From contig OZ076409.1 of the NCBI GenBank assembly GCA_964187785.1, positions 98,394,001 to 98,458,000 of the forward strand: 64,000 nucleotides of DNA, in the 5' to 3' direction. Position numbers and translations under genes: made by a program. How positions within the stretch are numbered: position 1 is the first letter of the stretch; every line of letters starts with the position of its first letter. The DNA comes from Amphiscolops sp. MND2022. Its lineage: Eukaryota. Below, piece after piece: positions 47,960 through 59,073 of this stretch. The notes under the pieces were generated by a model, which did no database searches, was not told the DNA's origin, and saw only the letters and a list, made by a program, of their open reading frames with translations.

Positions 47960-48777
47960 GGTAAATGGTCACTTGGCTAAATGCCATTTGGCTTAAAGTC
48001 ATTTGGCTTAATAAAATTGGTCACTTGGCTTAATTTTTTTAAGCTAAGTGTCTCGGGTATTGGTCACTTGGCTTAAAGTCATTTGACTTAAAACCACTTA
48101 GTTCAAAACACGTGGCAGATTTGGTAGAACTTCTCTTTATAACGTAGTCAGCGTATTATTAAAACATGTCATATCAAGTACCCCTCGGGTATGTCCCCAT
48201 TTCCTCTAGTGCCCTGCGGCCCCTTGGGCCGCTTATTTTCCCATCTTGCTGAGCTAGGTCGAACAAGTGCAAAGACCTAGCATGAACGAAGATCGCGAAG
48301 CGAGGGTGGCTGTAAATAGGTCGAATTTTTCTGGTCGAAAGGACAGAGGTCGAATCTTTTGATTGAATTGCAGGGATCGAATGGAATGCGGTCGAATTTT
48401 ATCGTATTTGTTGTATGGCTCGGTCGCTTCGCTCCCTTCGCCAAATTGCAACATTGAGGCATGGCCATATGGCACGTCGCTCCGCCTCGCTTCGCTCCTG
48501 CATTCAGGGCACTAGGGGTATGTGAACATATCTGACTACGTTATAAAAATTTCGATCCGAGTTGCTTCGATCCCATTCAAAAATTTGGTATGTCGACCTG
48601 AGGACTAACTCTGATTTTCGATACTGTTCCTTCGACCAATTTCCGCCCACCCGCGAAGCGATCGTAGTGGGAGCTGGTCTTTGCGACGGTGAGGGCGAGC
48701 GTGCATACACCGTATATGCCCCACATTATGATTTTTCCGTGAGTTGACACATTTATTCCTTGAGTTGGAATGGAGTT
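47960..48777 (+). mobile_element. Second copy of the composite GGT-TIR MITE (nested MULE MITE 48304-48652), interrupted by Copia-2; resumes at 53608-53650
   Basis: Collinear with 44975-45790; 9-bp TSD GCGAAGCGA around 48304-48652. Confidence 0.88.
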
Positions 48778-51700
48778 TGTTAGAGATCGATGAAGGTCAA
48801 AGGACCATTAAAGGTCAACCATCTCAGACAATAACCACTCTTCACCAATCTTCCGACAACCCAGCTACGACCAGTAGGAGCCCAGGCCCTAATACGTTAT
48901 GAGCCCAGCAATTTGGTGAGTTTGATTTTTTTCAAAAACCTTCTTCTGCCTACTTTCACTATGCTCGCCTGATCTTATTTTTCGTTCTCCATTTTTGCTT
49001 TTTGCGTCTCAGATATCCAAAATTTTTTCTAATTATGCCGTCCATTACCGCCGTTTCGCTTCCGTTAACTTTGTAGCTTATCTTCGTGGGAATTTTTGTT
49101 TTGCTGCCCCCATTTTTGTTTCAGTTACTTCCTTCTGCCTGTTTCGGGCTTTTGTTGGAGTTTGTGAGGGATGGATCAACCTTTGCAGTATCTCCAGTTC
49201 TCTGGCAAGGAAGAAGACTTCGCTGTGTGGCAGGAGCGATTCGAGGGGTTCTGTTTCACGAAGAAGCCGCTGAACGTGCTGAATGGAACAGATGCTGGCG
49301 CGAATGACAAGAAGTACGAAATTTGGGCGGACTTGGTATTGTGTCTTGACTGCCGCAGTATCCTGATGCTGGCGAACTACTGCAAGGGTGATGGTCCGAA
49401 GGCAACTACTGCGGGACGACTTCTACAGCACCGAAACACCGAGATTGATGAACCTATTGGAGAAGTTCACAACCCCGCGATTGGAGCCCACTTGGAGCAT
49501 GGTTGACTACCTGACTCGAGCAGAGTATGTGAGTAAGCAGTTGGAGATCGCTGGTGACAAAGTTTCTGAAAACTTGTTAACTTCGAAAGTTCTTAAGGGT
49601 TTGCCTTCCGAATATGACTATTTCAAAACTGTGCACGATTTTTCGAAAGATAAGGCGTCTTTTGCGGAAGTAAAGAAAGCATTAAAGTGTTTCGAAATTT
49701 CTCGTAACCTACAAACTGCGACAGCTAGCAATGAAAATGTTGCTTCATTATCCAAAGAAACTGTTGCGAAAAGTTCCTCACGTAAACTCGAAAAATTCAC
49801 TGGGAAGTGTATGTGTTGCGGTAAAAGTGGACATAAACAAGCCACTTGTAGAGTATCCCAGTGCAATTTTTGCAGGCGTTTTGGCCATGAAGAGAATAAA
49901 TGTTTTAAGAAAAACCCTCTTTTGAACCCTAAGTCAAGTGCTGAGACAGGAGAGTCAAACCTAGCTGAGGACTTAGTTTTTGCACTCACTAGCCGAAAAT
50001 GCGAGGTGAAGGAGCACACTTTGGTCATCGACTCTGGTGCTTCCTCGCATGTGTTTTTTGACCGTTCTCTGTTCTTCGACTTTAGCGAAGAAACACAACG
50101 CAAAGTAAAAAATGCGAATGGGACTTTTTCGCAAGTTAAGGGTGTCGGAAAAATTTCTCTTTTACTTTTGGACAAAGAAGGGATCGAACGCTGTGTGACA
50201 TTTTCCGACTGTCTTTTTCTTCCTGATCATTCTCATAACTTGATCAGCGTTAGCAAGTTGAGACAAAACGGGGCTCAAGTAAACTTCGGACAATCTCTGA
50301 GCATTTTTGTCAATGAAAGAGCAACTATTCCTTTTGAAGAGCACGCTAATCTTTACGTTTTGAAAGGAAAGACACTTGATTTTTGCTCTTTTTCCGGCGA
50401 AAACGAAGAAGCGGTGTTGTGGCATCATCGCCTTGGTCACCACAATTTCAAAAATGTGAAATGTTTGGCTCATCATGTTTCGGGGATGAGCTTAAAACAC
50501 AGTGCTTTCGATAAACTTTGTTGTTGTGAAGTTTGCAAAATTTCTAAGTCACGACGGCAACCAGTATCGCAAAAAATGGAGAAACGAAAATCTTCGAAAC
50601 TTGATCTCGTCTTCACTGACATTTTGGGACCGATGCCAACTACTTCGCTTGGTGGCAATGGATACGCTATTTTTTTACGGACAGCTACAGCAGGTACTCA
50701 GCGGTATATTTCCTCAAATCGAAAGAGGAGTGCCTAGATAATATCAAAGTTTTTTGAGTTTTTTGTGCGCAAGTGGGAACGCCCAGAGCAATCCGATCTG
50801 ATAATGGGAAAGAGTACATTTCCAAGTCTTTTCGAAGTTTCTGTATATCAAACCGAATCAAACGTGAGCATACTGCCCCTTATTCGCCTCATCAAAATGG
50901 TGTGAGTGAACGTCGCTGGCGAACAACAGTCGGAATGACTCGCTGCATGCTTAAAACAGCAAAACTCGGCAATGAGTTTTGGGTTCGTGCCTTACACACT
51001 GCTTTTTACATTTCAAACCGTTGCCTCACAGTTAGTTTGCCAAAAGGTAGAACGCGCTTAGAAATGTGCTTTGGTAAAAAACCAGATCTTTCCAACTTGA
51101 AAGTTTTTGGATGTACTGCTTTCAAACACATTGAAACGCATCAAGACAAACTTTTCGATAAAGCCACCAAAGAAGTTTTTGTTGGTTATTCTGAGGATTC
51201 CGAAGCATACATTTTGTACAATCCTTTTTCTAAAAAGACTTCGTTTTCTCGCAACGTCTCCTTTGATGAGATTTTTTTTTGATTTTTTTTGCAGCGCACC
51301 CAAGTCAAAACATCCGAGCATTTGTAACCGAAAGGCCGGCACCGAAACAAGTTTTGACTGAAACACAGAAACATTTTTGCGAAAAGTCTTCAGTTCCTAT
51401 TTTACCGACTGAAACATTGAATGATTTCGAAACTGAAACAACACCTTCCCCCGTTGATGTTGTTTCATCTGAAAACATTGATGCCAATGAAAGTAGTGCT
51501 TTTTTGCGGTCTCGAAGTGGGAGAGTTATCAAACCTTCTGCGTATCTAGATGACTACGTTCTTTTAACGGATGACATGGATGAGAATCTAACTTATCGTG
51601 AAGCAATGATGTCATCGCTTAAACGCGAATGGATCGAAACTACTCAAAAAGAGTACAATGCGCTCATTGAGAACAAGACCTGGGTGCTATCTCCGCTTCC

Positions 51701-53607
51701 CCCGGGCCGAAAAGCAATTGGAAGCCGGTGGGTTTTCAAAATTAAGCGACACGACGACGGAACTATTCAAAAATTCGAGACTCGTTTCGTAGCCCAAGAG
51801 TTTTCGCAAGTTTTTGGGGAACGATTACGATGAAATTTTTGCGCCTACTGCCAAACTTTCTACCTTGAGGATTTATTTTGCGCTCGCTGCTTCTTGGTCG
51901 ACATTTGTTTTTCAGTTAGACGTCCGTTCAGCCTTCCTCAATGCGAACTTGAGTGATGAAATTTATATAGAACAACCAGAAGGCTTCGCGCAAGCGGGGG
52001 CTAATGGTGAAACACTTTATTGCAAGCTTCAAAAATGCCTTTATGGTTTAAAGCAAGCAGGGAGGGAATGGAACAAAACTTTAACCCAGTGGTTTTTGAA
52101 GAATGAATTTATACAGTCTGCCGAGGATCATTGTCTTTTTCGTTGCGATGGGACTAATGGTTCCCTACTTTTTGTACTAGCTTGGGTCGACGACATTTTG
52201 TACTTTTCAAACAACGACAAAATGCTGCATGATTTCAAGGCGAAACTCAGCGATGCATACAGCATCGATGATCGTGGGAAAATGACTTGGTTTTTGGGAT
52301 GCAATGTTAAACAGTCACGCGGTTGCAATTTTCTTAGTCAGCGGTCATATATAAAGGATATTTTGCGCAAAAGTCATATGTCTGATTGTAAACCAGTTAG
52401 TACTCCAGCTATTCTCCATACGAAACAGTCTAAATCGGACTGCCCTATCGAAGGTAGTGAAAAGTCACTTGATATTTGCGAACAGAAACAATATCGTAGC
52501 TTAGTTGGAAACTTAATGTATTTGTCCGTTGTTAGTCGCCCCGATATTTGCTTTGCTGTCTACAACTTAGCACAATTCGTGTCAAATCCTGGTAAAGCTC
52601 ATTGGTGTGCATTGAAAGACCTTCTCCGTTTTCTCAAGGGCACCGAGTCTCTACCTCTTGTGTATAAACGCTCTGAAAATCTCGAACTTTTTGGTTTTTC
52701 GGATTCCGATTGGGCCACCGACAAGGACGATCGCAAGTCAACTTCGGGTTTTTGCTTCAAACTAAGTCGTTCTGGTTGTGTTGTCTCTTGGGCGTCCAAA
52801 AAACAAGGGTGTGTGGCATTTAGCTCTTGTGAAGCCGAGTATGTTTCGTTGGCTTTGGCTGCACAGTCCATTTGCAAGGCTTGCTCACATTCTTCTGCTT
52901 GATGACGATGGACACGCCTGTTCTGTTGTGTGGTGACAATCAAGGGGCACTCGCACTGGCCAGCAACCCTGTCGCCCACAAACGTGCTAAACACATAGAA
53001 ACCCGACACCACTTCATCCGTCAACTGGTTGAGGACAAACGCATTCAACTGTCTTATGTCTCCACAAAAAACAACTTGGCTGATATCTTCAGCAAGAACA
53101 TACCCAAGCCTGCCTTCAATGAGCTCTCATCGCAACTCTTCGTCATTCAGCCACCTCGATCAACAACTTAACCCTTGCCCCCCTCACAACTCAATTATTT
53201 TACATTACTCATTATTGTGTTTATGTTATCACTGGGACTATGACGACTTCCAGCTTCTCTTCAACCGATGGATTGAGCCCTCTCATCCGCTGCCTCGACA
53301 CGACAGATGGTCAAGCACAGTGGTTCGCCATCATCAACCAACAACAACCCTCGGAGTCTCTCATCGAGCGGGGGTGTTAGAGATCGATGAAGGTCGAAGG
53401 ACCAATAATGGTCAACCATCTCAGACTATACCAGACTGAACTAATTTAGTATATTATTGTTGTTTGTAAACATGTATCTGTTATTTTATCTTCACTTGAC
53501 TGAATCACTTCATCAACTCACAACACAAAATAAAGTATTGGCAATAACCACTCTTCACCAATCTTCCGACAACCCAGCTACGACCAGAAGGACCCCAGGC
53601 CCTAATA
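48778..53607 (+). mobile_element. Ty1/Copia retrotransposon 2 (complete outline, frameshifted)
   Basis: 5-bp TSD GAGTT (48773-48777, 53608-53612); 5' LTR 48778-48894 (internally deleted); 3' LTR 53375-53607; PBS CGTTATGAGCCCAG; PPT GAGCGGGGG. Confidence 0.93.
49171..53171 (+). pseudogene. pol: Copia-2 gag-pol fragments
   Basis: CMCCGKSGHKQATC; VIDSGASSH (protease); WHHRLGH..CEVC; RSDNGKEY...SERRWR (integrase); QLDVRSAFLN, AWVDD, FSDSDWA, KHIETRHHFIR. Confidence 0.92.
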
Positions 53608-53650
53608 GAGTTGGCTTAATTTTGTGGTCACTTGGCGTAAAATTTTTGCG

Positions 53651-56376
53651 TGGGAAAGAGTACATTTCCAAGTCTTTTCGAAGTTTCTGTATATCAAACC
53701 GAATCAAACGTGAGCATACTGCCCCTTATTCGCCTCATCAAAATGGTGTGAGTGAACGTCGCTGGCGAACAACAGTCGAAATGACTCGCTGCATGCTAAA
53801 AACAGCAAAACTCGGCAATGAATTTTGGGTTCGTGCCTTGCACACTGCTTTTTACATTTCAAGCCGTTGCCTCACAGTTAGTTTACCAAAAGGTAGAACG
53901 CCCTTCGAAATGTGCTTTGGTAAAAAACCAGATCTTTCCAACTTGAAAGTTTTTGGATGTACTGCTTTCAAACACATTGAAACGCATCAAGACAAACTTT
54001 TCGATGAAGCCACCAAAGAAGTTTTTGTTGGTTATTCTGAGGATTCCGAAGCATACATTTTGTACAATCCTTATTCTAAAAAGACTTCGTTTTCTCGCAA
54101 CGTCTCCTTTGATGAGACTTTTTTTGATTTTTTTTGCAGCGCACCCAAGTCAAAACATCCGAGCATTTGTAACCGAAAGGCCGGCACCGAAACAAGTTTT
54201 GACTGAAACACAGAAACATTTTTGCGAAAAGTCTTCAGTTCCTATTTTACCGACTGAAACATTGAATGATTTCGAAACTGAAACAACACCTTCCCCCGTT
54301 GATGTTGTTTCATCTGAAAACATTGATGCCAATGAAAGTAGTGCTTTTTTGCGGTCTCGAAGTGGGAGAGTTATCAAACCTTCTGCGTATCTAGATGACT
54401 ACGTTCTTTTAACGGATGACATGGATGAGAATCTAACTTATCGTGAAGCAATGATGTCATCGCTTAAACGCGAATGGATCGAAACTACTCAAAAAGAGTA
54501 CAATGCGCTCATTGAGAACAAGACCTGGGTGCTTTGTCCGCTTCCCCCGGGCCGAAAAGCAATTGGAAGCCGGTGGGTTTTCAAAATTAAGCGACACGAC
54601 GACGGAACTATTCAAAAATTCGAGACTCGTTTCGTAGCCCAAGAGTTTTCGCAAGTTTTTGGGGAACAATTACGATGAAATTTTTGCGCCTATTGCCAAA
54701 CTTTCTACCTTGAGGATTTATTTTGCGCTCGCTGCTTCTTGGTCGACTTTTGTTTTTCAGTTAGACGTCCGTTCAGCCTTCCTCAATGCGAACTTGAGTG
54801 ATGAAATTTATATAGAACAACCAGAAGGCTTCGCGCAAGCGGGGGCTAATGGTGAAACACTTTATTGCAAGCTTCAAAAATGCCTTTATGGTTTAAAGCA
54901 AGCAGGGAGGGAATGGAACAAAACTTTAACCCAGTGGTTTTTGAAGAATGAATTTATACAGTCTGCCGAGGATCATTGTCTTTTTCGTTGCGATGGGACT
55001 AATGGTTCCCTACTTTTTGTACTAGCTTGGGTCGACGACATTTTGTACTTTTCAAACAACGACAAAAAGCTGCATGATTTCAAGGCGAAACTCAGCGATG
55101 CATACAGCATCGATGATCGTGGGAAAATGACTTGGTTTTTGGGATGCAATGTTAAACAGTCACGCGGTTGCAATTTTCTTAGTCAGCGGTCATATATAAA
55201 GGATATTTTGCGCAAAAGTCATATGTCTGATTGTAAACCAGTTAGTACTCCAGCTATTCTCCATACGAAACAGTCTAAATCGGACTGCCCTATCGAAGGT
55301 AGTGAAAAGTCACTTGATATTTGCGAACAGAAACAATATCGTAGCTTAGTTGGAAACTTAATGTATTTGTCCGTTGTTAGTCGCCCCGATATTTGCTTTG
55401 CTGTCTACAACTTAGCACAATTCGTGTCAAATCCTGGTAAAGCTCATTGGTGTGCATTGAAAGACCTTCTCCGTTTTCTCAAGGGCACCGAGTCTCTACC
55501 TCTTGTGTATAAACGCTCTGAAAATCTCGAACTTTTTGGTTTTTCGGATTCCGATTGGGCCACCGACAAGGACGATCGCAAGTCAACTTCGGGTTTTTGC
55601 TTCAAACTAAGTCGTTCTGGTTGTGTTGTCTCTTGGGCGTCCAAAAAACAAGGGTGTGTGGCATTTAGCTCTTGTGAAGCCGAGTATGTTTCGTTGGCTT
55701 TGGCTGCACAGTCCATTTGCAAGGCTTGCTCACATTCTTCTGCTTGATGACGATGGACACGCCTGTTCTGTTGTGTGGTGACAATCAAGGGGCACTCGCA
55801 CTGGCCAGCAACCCTGTCGCCCACAAACGTGCTAAACACATAGAAACCCGACACCACTTCATCCGTCAACTGGTTGAGGACAAACGCATTCAACTGTCTT
55901 ATGTCTCCACAAAAAACAACTTGGCTGATATCTTCAGCAAGAACATACCCAAGCCTGCCTTCAATGAGCTCTCATCGCAACTCTTCGTCATTCAGCCACC
56001 TCGATCAACAACTTAACCCTTGCCCCCCTCACAACTCAATTATTTTACATTACTCATTATTGTGTTTATGTTATCACTGGGACTATGACGACTTCCAGCT
56101 TCTCTTCAACCGATGGATTGAGCCCTCTCATCCGCTGCCTCGACACGACAGATGGTCAAGCACAGTGGTTCGCCATCATCAACCAACAACAACCCTCGAA
56201 GTCTCTCATCGAGCGGGGGTGTTAGAGATCGGTGAAGGTCAAAGGACCATTAAAGGTCAACCATCTCAGACTATACCAGACTGAACTAATTTAGTATATT
56301 ATTGTTGTTTGTATACATGTACCTGTTATTTTATCTTCACTTGACTGAATCACTTTATCAACTCAAAACACAAAAT
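53651..56376 (+). repeat. Tandem duplicate of the Copia-2 3' part (INT-RT-RH and truncated LTR 56220-56376)
   Basis: Near-identical to 50805-53531, offset 2845-2846 bp. Confidence 0.95.
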
Positions 56377-56549
56377 CATTACAAGACACAACTTTCACGA
56401 GCCTCAAAAGTTTATTAAATATCCTTAAATGCTCCACAAGGGAATTTTCACTGGCCCCTAATGTATTATTTTTTGTATTATTATTACCTATTTGTATGTT
56501 TTAACTTTTTCGAAAATTTAAGGATTTTTAATATTTGGTGAAAACGGAG

Positions 56550-56770
56550 GATTTTATATACCTACTATCAGGAAACCTAATGCGACTTATTAGGATTTCT
56601 AATAAATATCCATAAATATCCCCATTATAAGGATTTCTTATACTAGTGTCAAGTATAAGTTATACTATTTCCGCGGAGAACATATAGACAAACAGTATTT
56701 CTTATACACAAAAAGGATTCATTATACACAAATAGGATTTCTTATACTAATCTTTAGTAATCCTAATAAA
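56550..56770. repeat. AT-rich cluster of AGGATTTCTTATAC-like motifs (possible transposon subterminal repeats)
   Basis: About 6 degenerate copies. Confidence 0.4.
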
Positions 56771-57149
56771 AACGCATGTTATTGTGGTTTTGACGAAAAT
56801 GCGTTTGCAGTCGCTTGCAGCAATTCGCTGATTCACAGTAATTTTAATAAAGTAATTTTGATACACAATTAGAAGTTTTTTAAATCACAAGTTATACACT
56901 TTGTCCTGTAAAATTGTTTAAGAATTCCGATGCCTCCTCTTGCTCATTGTAAATTTCACTCTCTACCAGCTTAGCATTTTTCCTCAGAAGTAGTTGAAAT
57001 AATTCAACGACAAAAATCGAATCAAGAGCTATCTAATTCCTCGAATTTATTTATTGGTAAAAGTAAATGTTAATATGATCTAACGAATAACAAAGTAACC
57101 AAAATTTACATCAAAAAACAGAAACGAATAATTGAAAATGCACAAGTTA

Positions 57150-58839
57150 TCAAGCTGCCAAGGAGGTTTTTGTGTTTTTCGAGATTAACTCGCGATAGTT
57201 TTCATAGTCCTCGTAGTTTCCTCTGTGTCCTTGAACTTGAATTTTGAGGGCTTCAAAAGCGAGACTGGTTTTTACTTTGAACCGCACCCCCAAGAGGACA
57301 TGATTGAAAAACTTCTCAGCATCCGGCCTGGTTTCAAGGAGATCCCATTTCTTACCGAGAATTTCATCAAACACTTTGTTTCCATGCGATCCCCGCTCCT
57401 CGTTGATAGTGAATTTCTGCCAATGGAAGAAAACTAATGAAATACAATTATAAAACAAACGCTTGATGAAGGTTTCATGTATAGTCTTCAGATACAAAAT
57501 TGCTGAAAGTTATGAAAGCCCTTGGAGTTGCAACGCTGGATTAAAAAATTGTTCAAGATTTTCAATGCCCTGGGAAGTTCAATAATTACACTCCACAGTG
57601 TTTTCAAAGACTTGTTGTCAATGATGCTATTAACTACTTTGACAATTAGCATATGCTTACCGAATCTCTTGACGATTCACAGCCCAAAACTTGCCTAATG
57701 TAAAATGGCACAGGACTGTATATTATTTCTGTGTGGCTGATTGTGTCGTAAGAGAGGAAAAGTTCCCGTTTGATGGCGGAAAACACTGTGAAAACTTCAT
57801 CAACTGGGTGCAAGTTAGGGTTCCTCACTGTGAGTTCTGGGGATTTCATATAATTGATTTCCTGTTGCTTCTTAAGTGATTGATTGGGGTCTACTGACAG
57901 TCGAACTTCTGTGGCTGGCAGTCCAATGTATCTCTTACTCCCGTCTAAAGTTACTTCTGCCATCGCGTGCGCCTCCCTGCGGTCAAAAAAAAGCTTTCGT
58001 ACAACCCCCGTCTGTGACAAGTCTATTACAACACGTGATCCTGCTGCTAGTATTCCGTTCGTAGTGGGAACAAGTGTCAGGCTAACGGTTTCGTCAGATC
58101 CGCACAATGCCCGCAAAATGTCTCCAATGTTGATCTTCGACAGTTTCTCTTTCACTACAGCTTTCACTTCAACTTTCAATTTTTTGGCAACTGGGATTGG
58201 TATCATTTCTTCTTCGTCAGCTATTCCTTCTTTTTGCCAGTCAGAGTTCCTCAACTGGTTGTACGAAATATAAAACTTCTCCACATTGGAGCAAATCAGC
58301 AAAGTTTTTCTAAACCTATCATTGATTAGCACAGTTCCAGATTTCAAAACTGATGCTTCTTGGATCATTTGTTTCATCTCCCAAGGCTCCATAATATCAC
58401 CAACCGATGGCGCAGTCGACCCAACAAAATATACTATATCGCCTTTTGCGAATTTTTCCTTAGTGTAATCCAGTTTGTAATCAATATTGTGTCGTCTGGG
58501 AAATAGAACTTCTTCAAGAGCTTTCCTGACTGGCCAATTTTCAAGATGAACTTGGGGGTCACAAAAAAGAACCCGAACAGGGTCCTTGTTTTTTCCCCAG
58601 CGCGTAAAATTAACACGAACATGATTGGTGCCTTCAAAACCTTCGATTTTAGCCTCCTCCCAGATTTGAGTGTCAGGATCCAAAGCTTGAACGACTGGCT
58701 TAGTCTGGAAGAAAACATTGGCAAAAAGCATTGTTGATTGTTCGAAATTGATTGACCAATTTGATTCGAGGTAAAGCGAAGAGTGGAAAATGAAATTTAC
58801 GGTTTCTGAATGCTTTTAAATTGCGTCTTCGCAAGTCAT
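57150..58839 (-). CDS. Spliced gene for a Tudor/chromo-barrel-like protein, possibly pseudogenised
   Basis: Main exon 58704-57661 begins VQALDPDTQIWEEAKIEGFEGTNHVRVNFTRWG (Tudor/MBT-like barrel). Phase-0 intron GTAAGC(57660)...TTGGCAG(57417) joins exon 57416-57150. Putative first exon 58839-58801 has an in-frame TAA. Confidence 0.68.
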
Positions 58840-59073
58840 AATTTGCCTCAATTCAGTTCTGGTGTTAGACTCAGATTTTTGATGATGTTGCAATGTGAGT
58901 CCGTTGACACCAAATGTAAATCTACGGCACCTGTTTCTCTTTTCGATGAAAGCGTTAACGCGGATAAGCGTATAAGAATGTAGTAAGCCTCAAATGTGAA
59001 TGTTGCTAATTTTGGTAAACGTTTTCCCATCTATTTCGAAATCCTATTCCTTAAAAGCGGTCCCGGTATTACA

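Noticed and set aside
19037-48747. Recurrent small ORFs (MPYGH..., MYARSPSPSQRP..., MFRSHSKIWY...)
   Set aside because: They are translations of the MITE copies with indels between copies; no coding conservation.
57594-57625. RSS heptamer CACAGTG near the RAG1-like gene
   Set aside because: No nonamer at 12 or 23 bp spacing; it lies in the Tudor gene intron; expected by chance.
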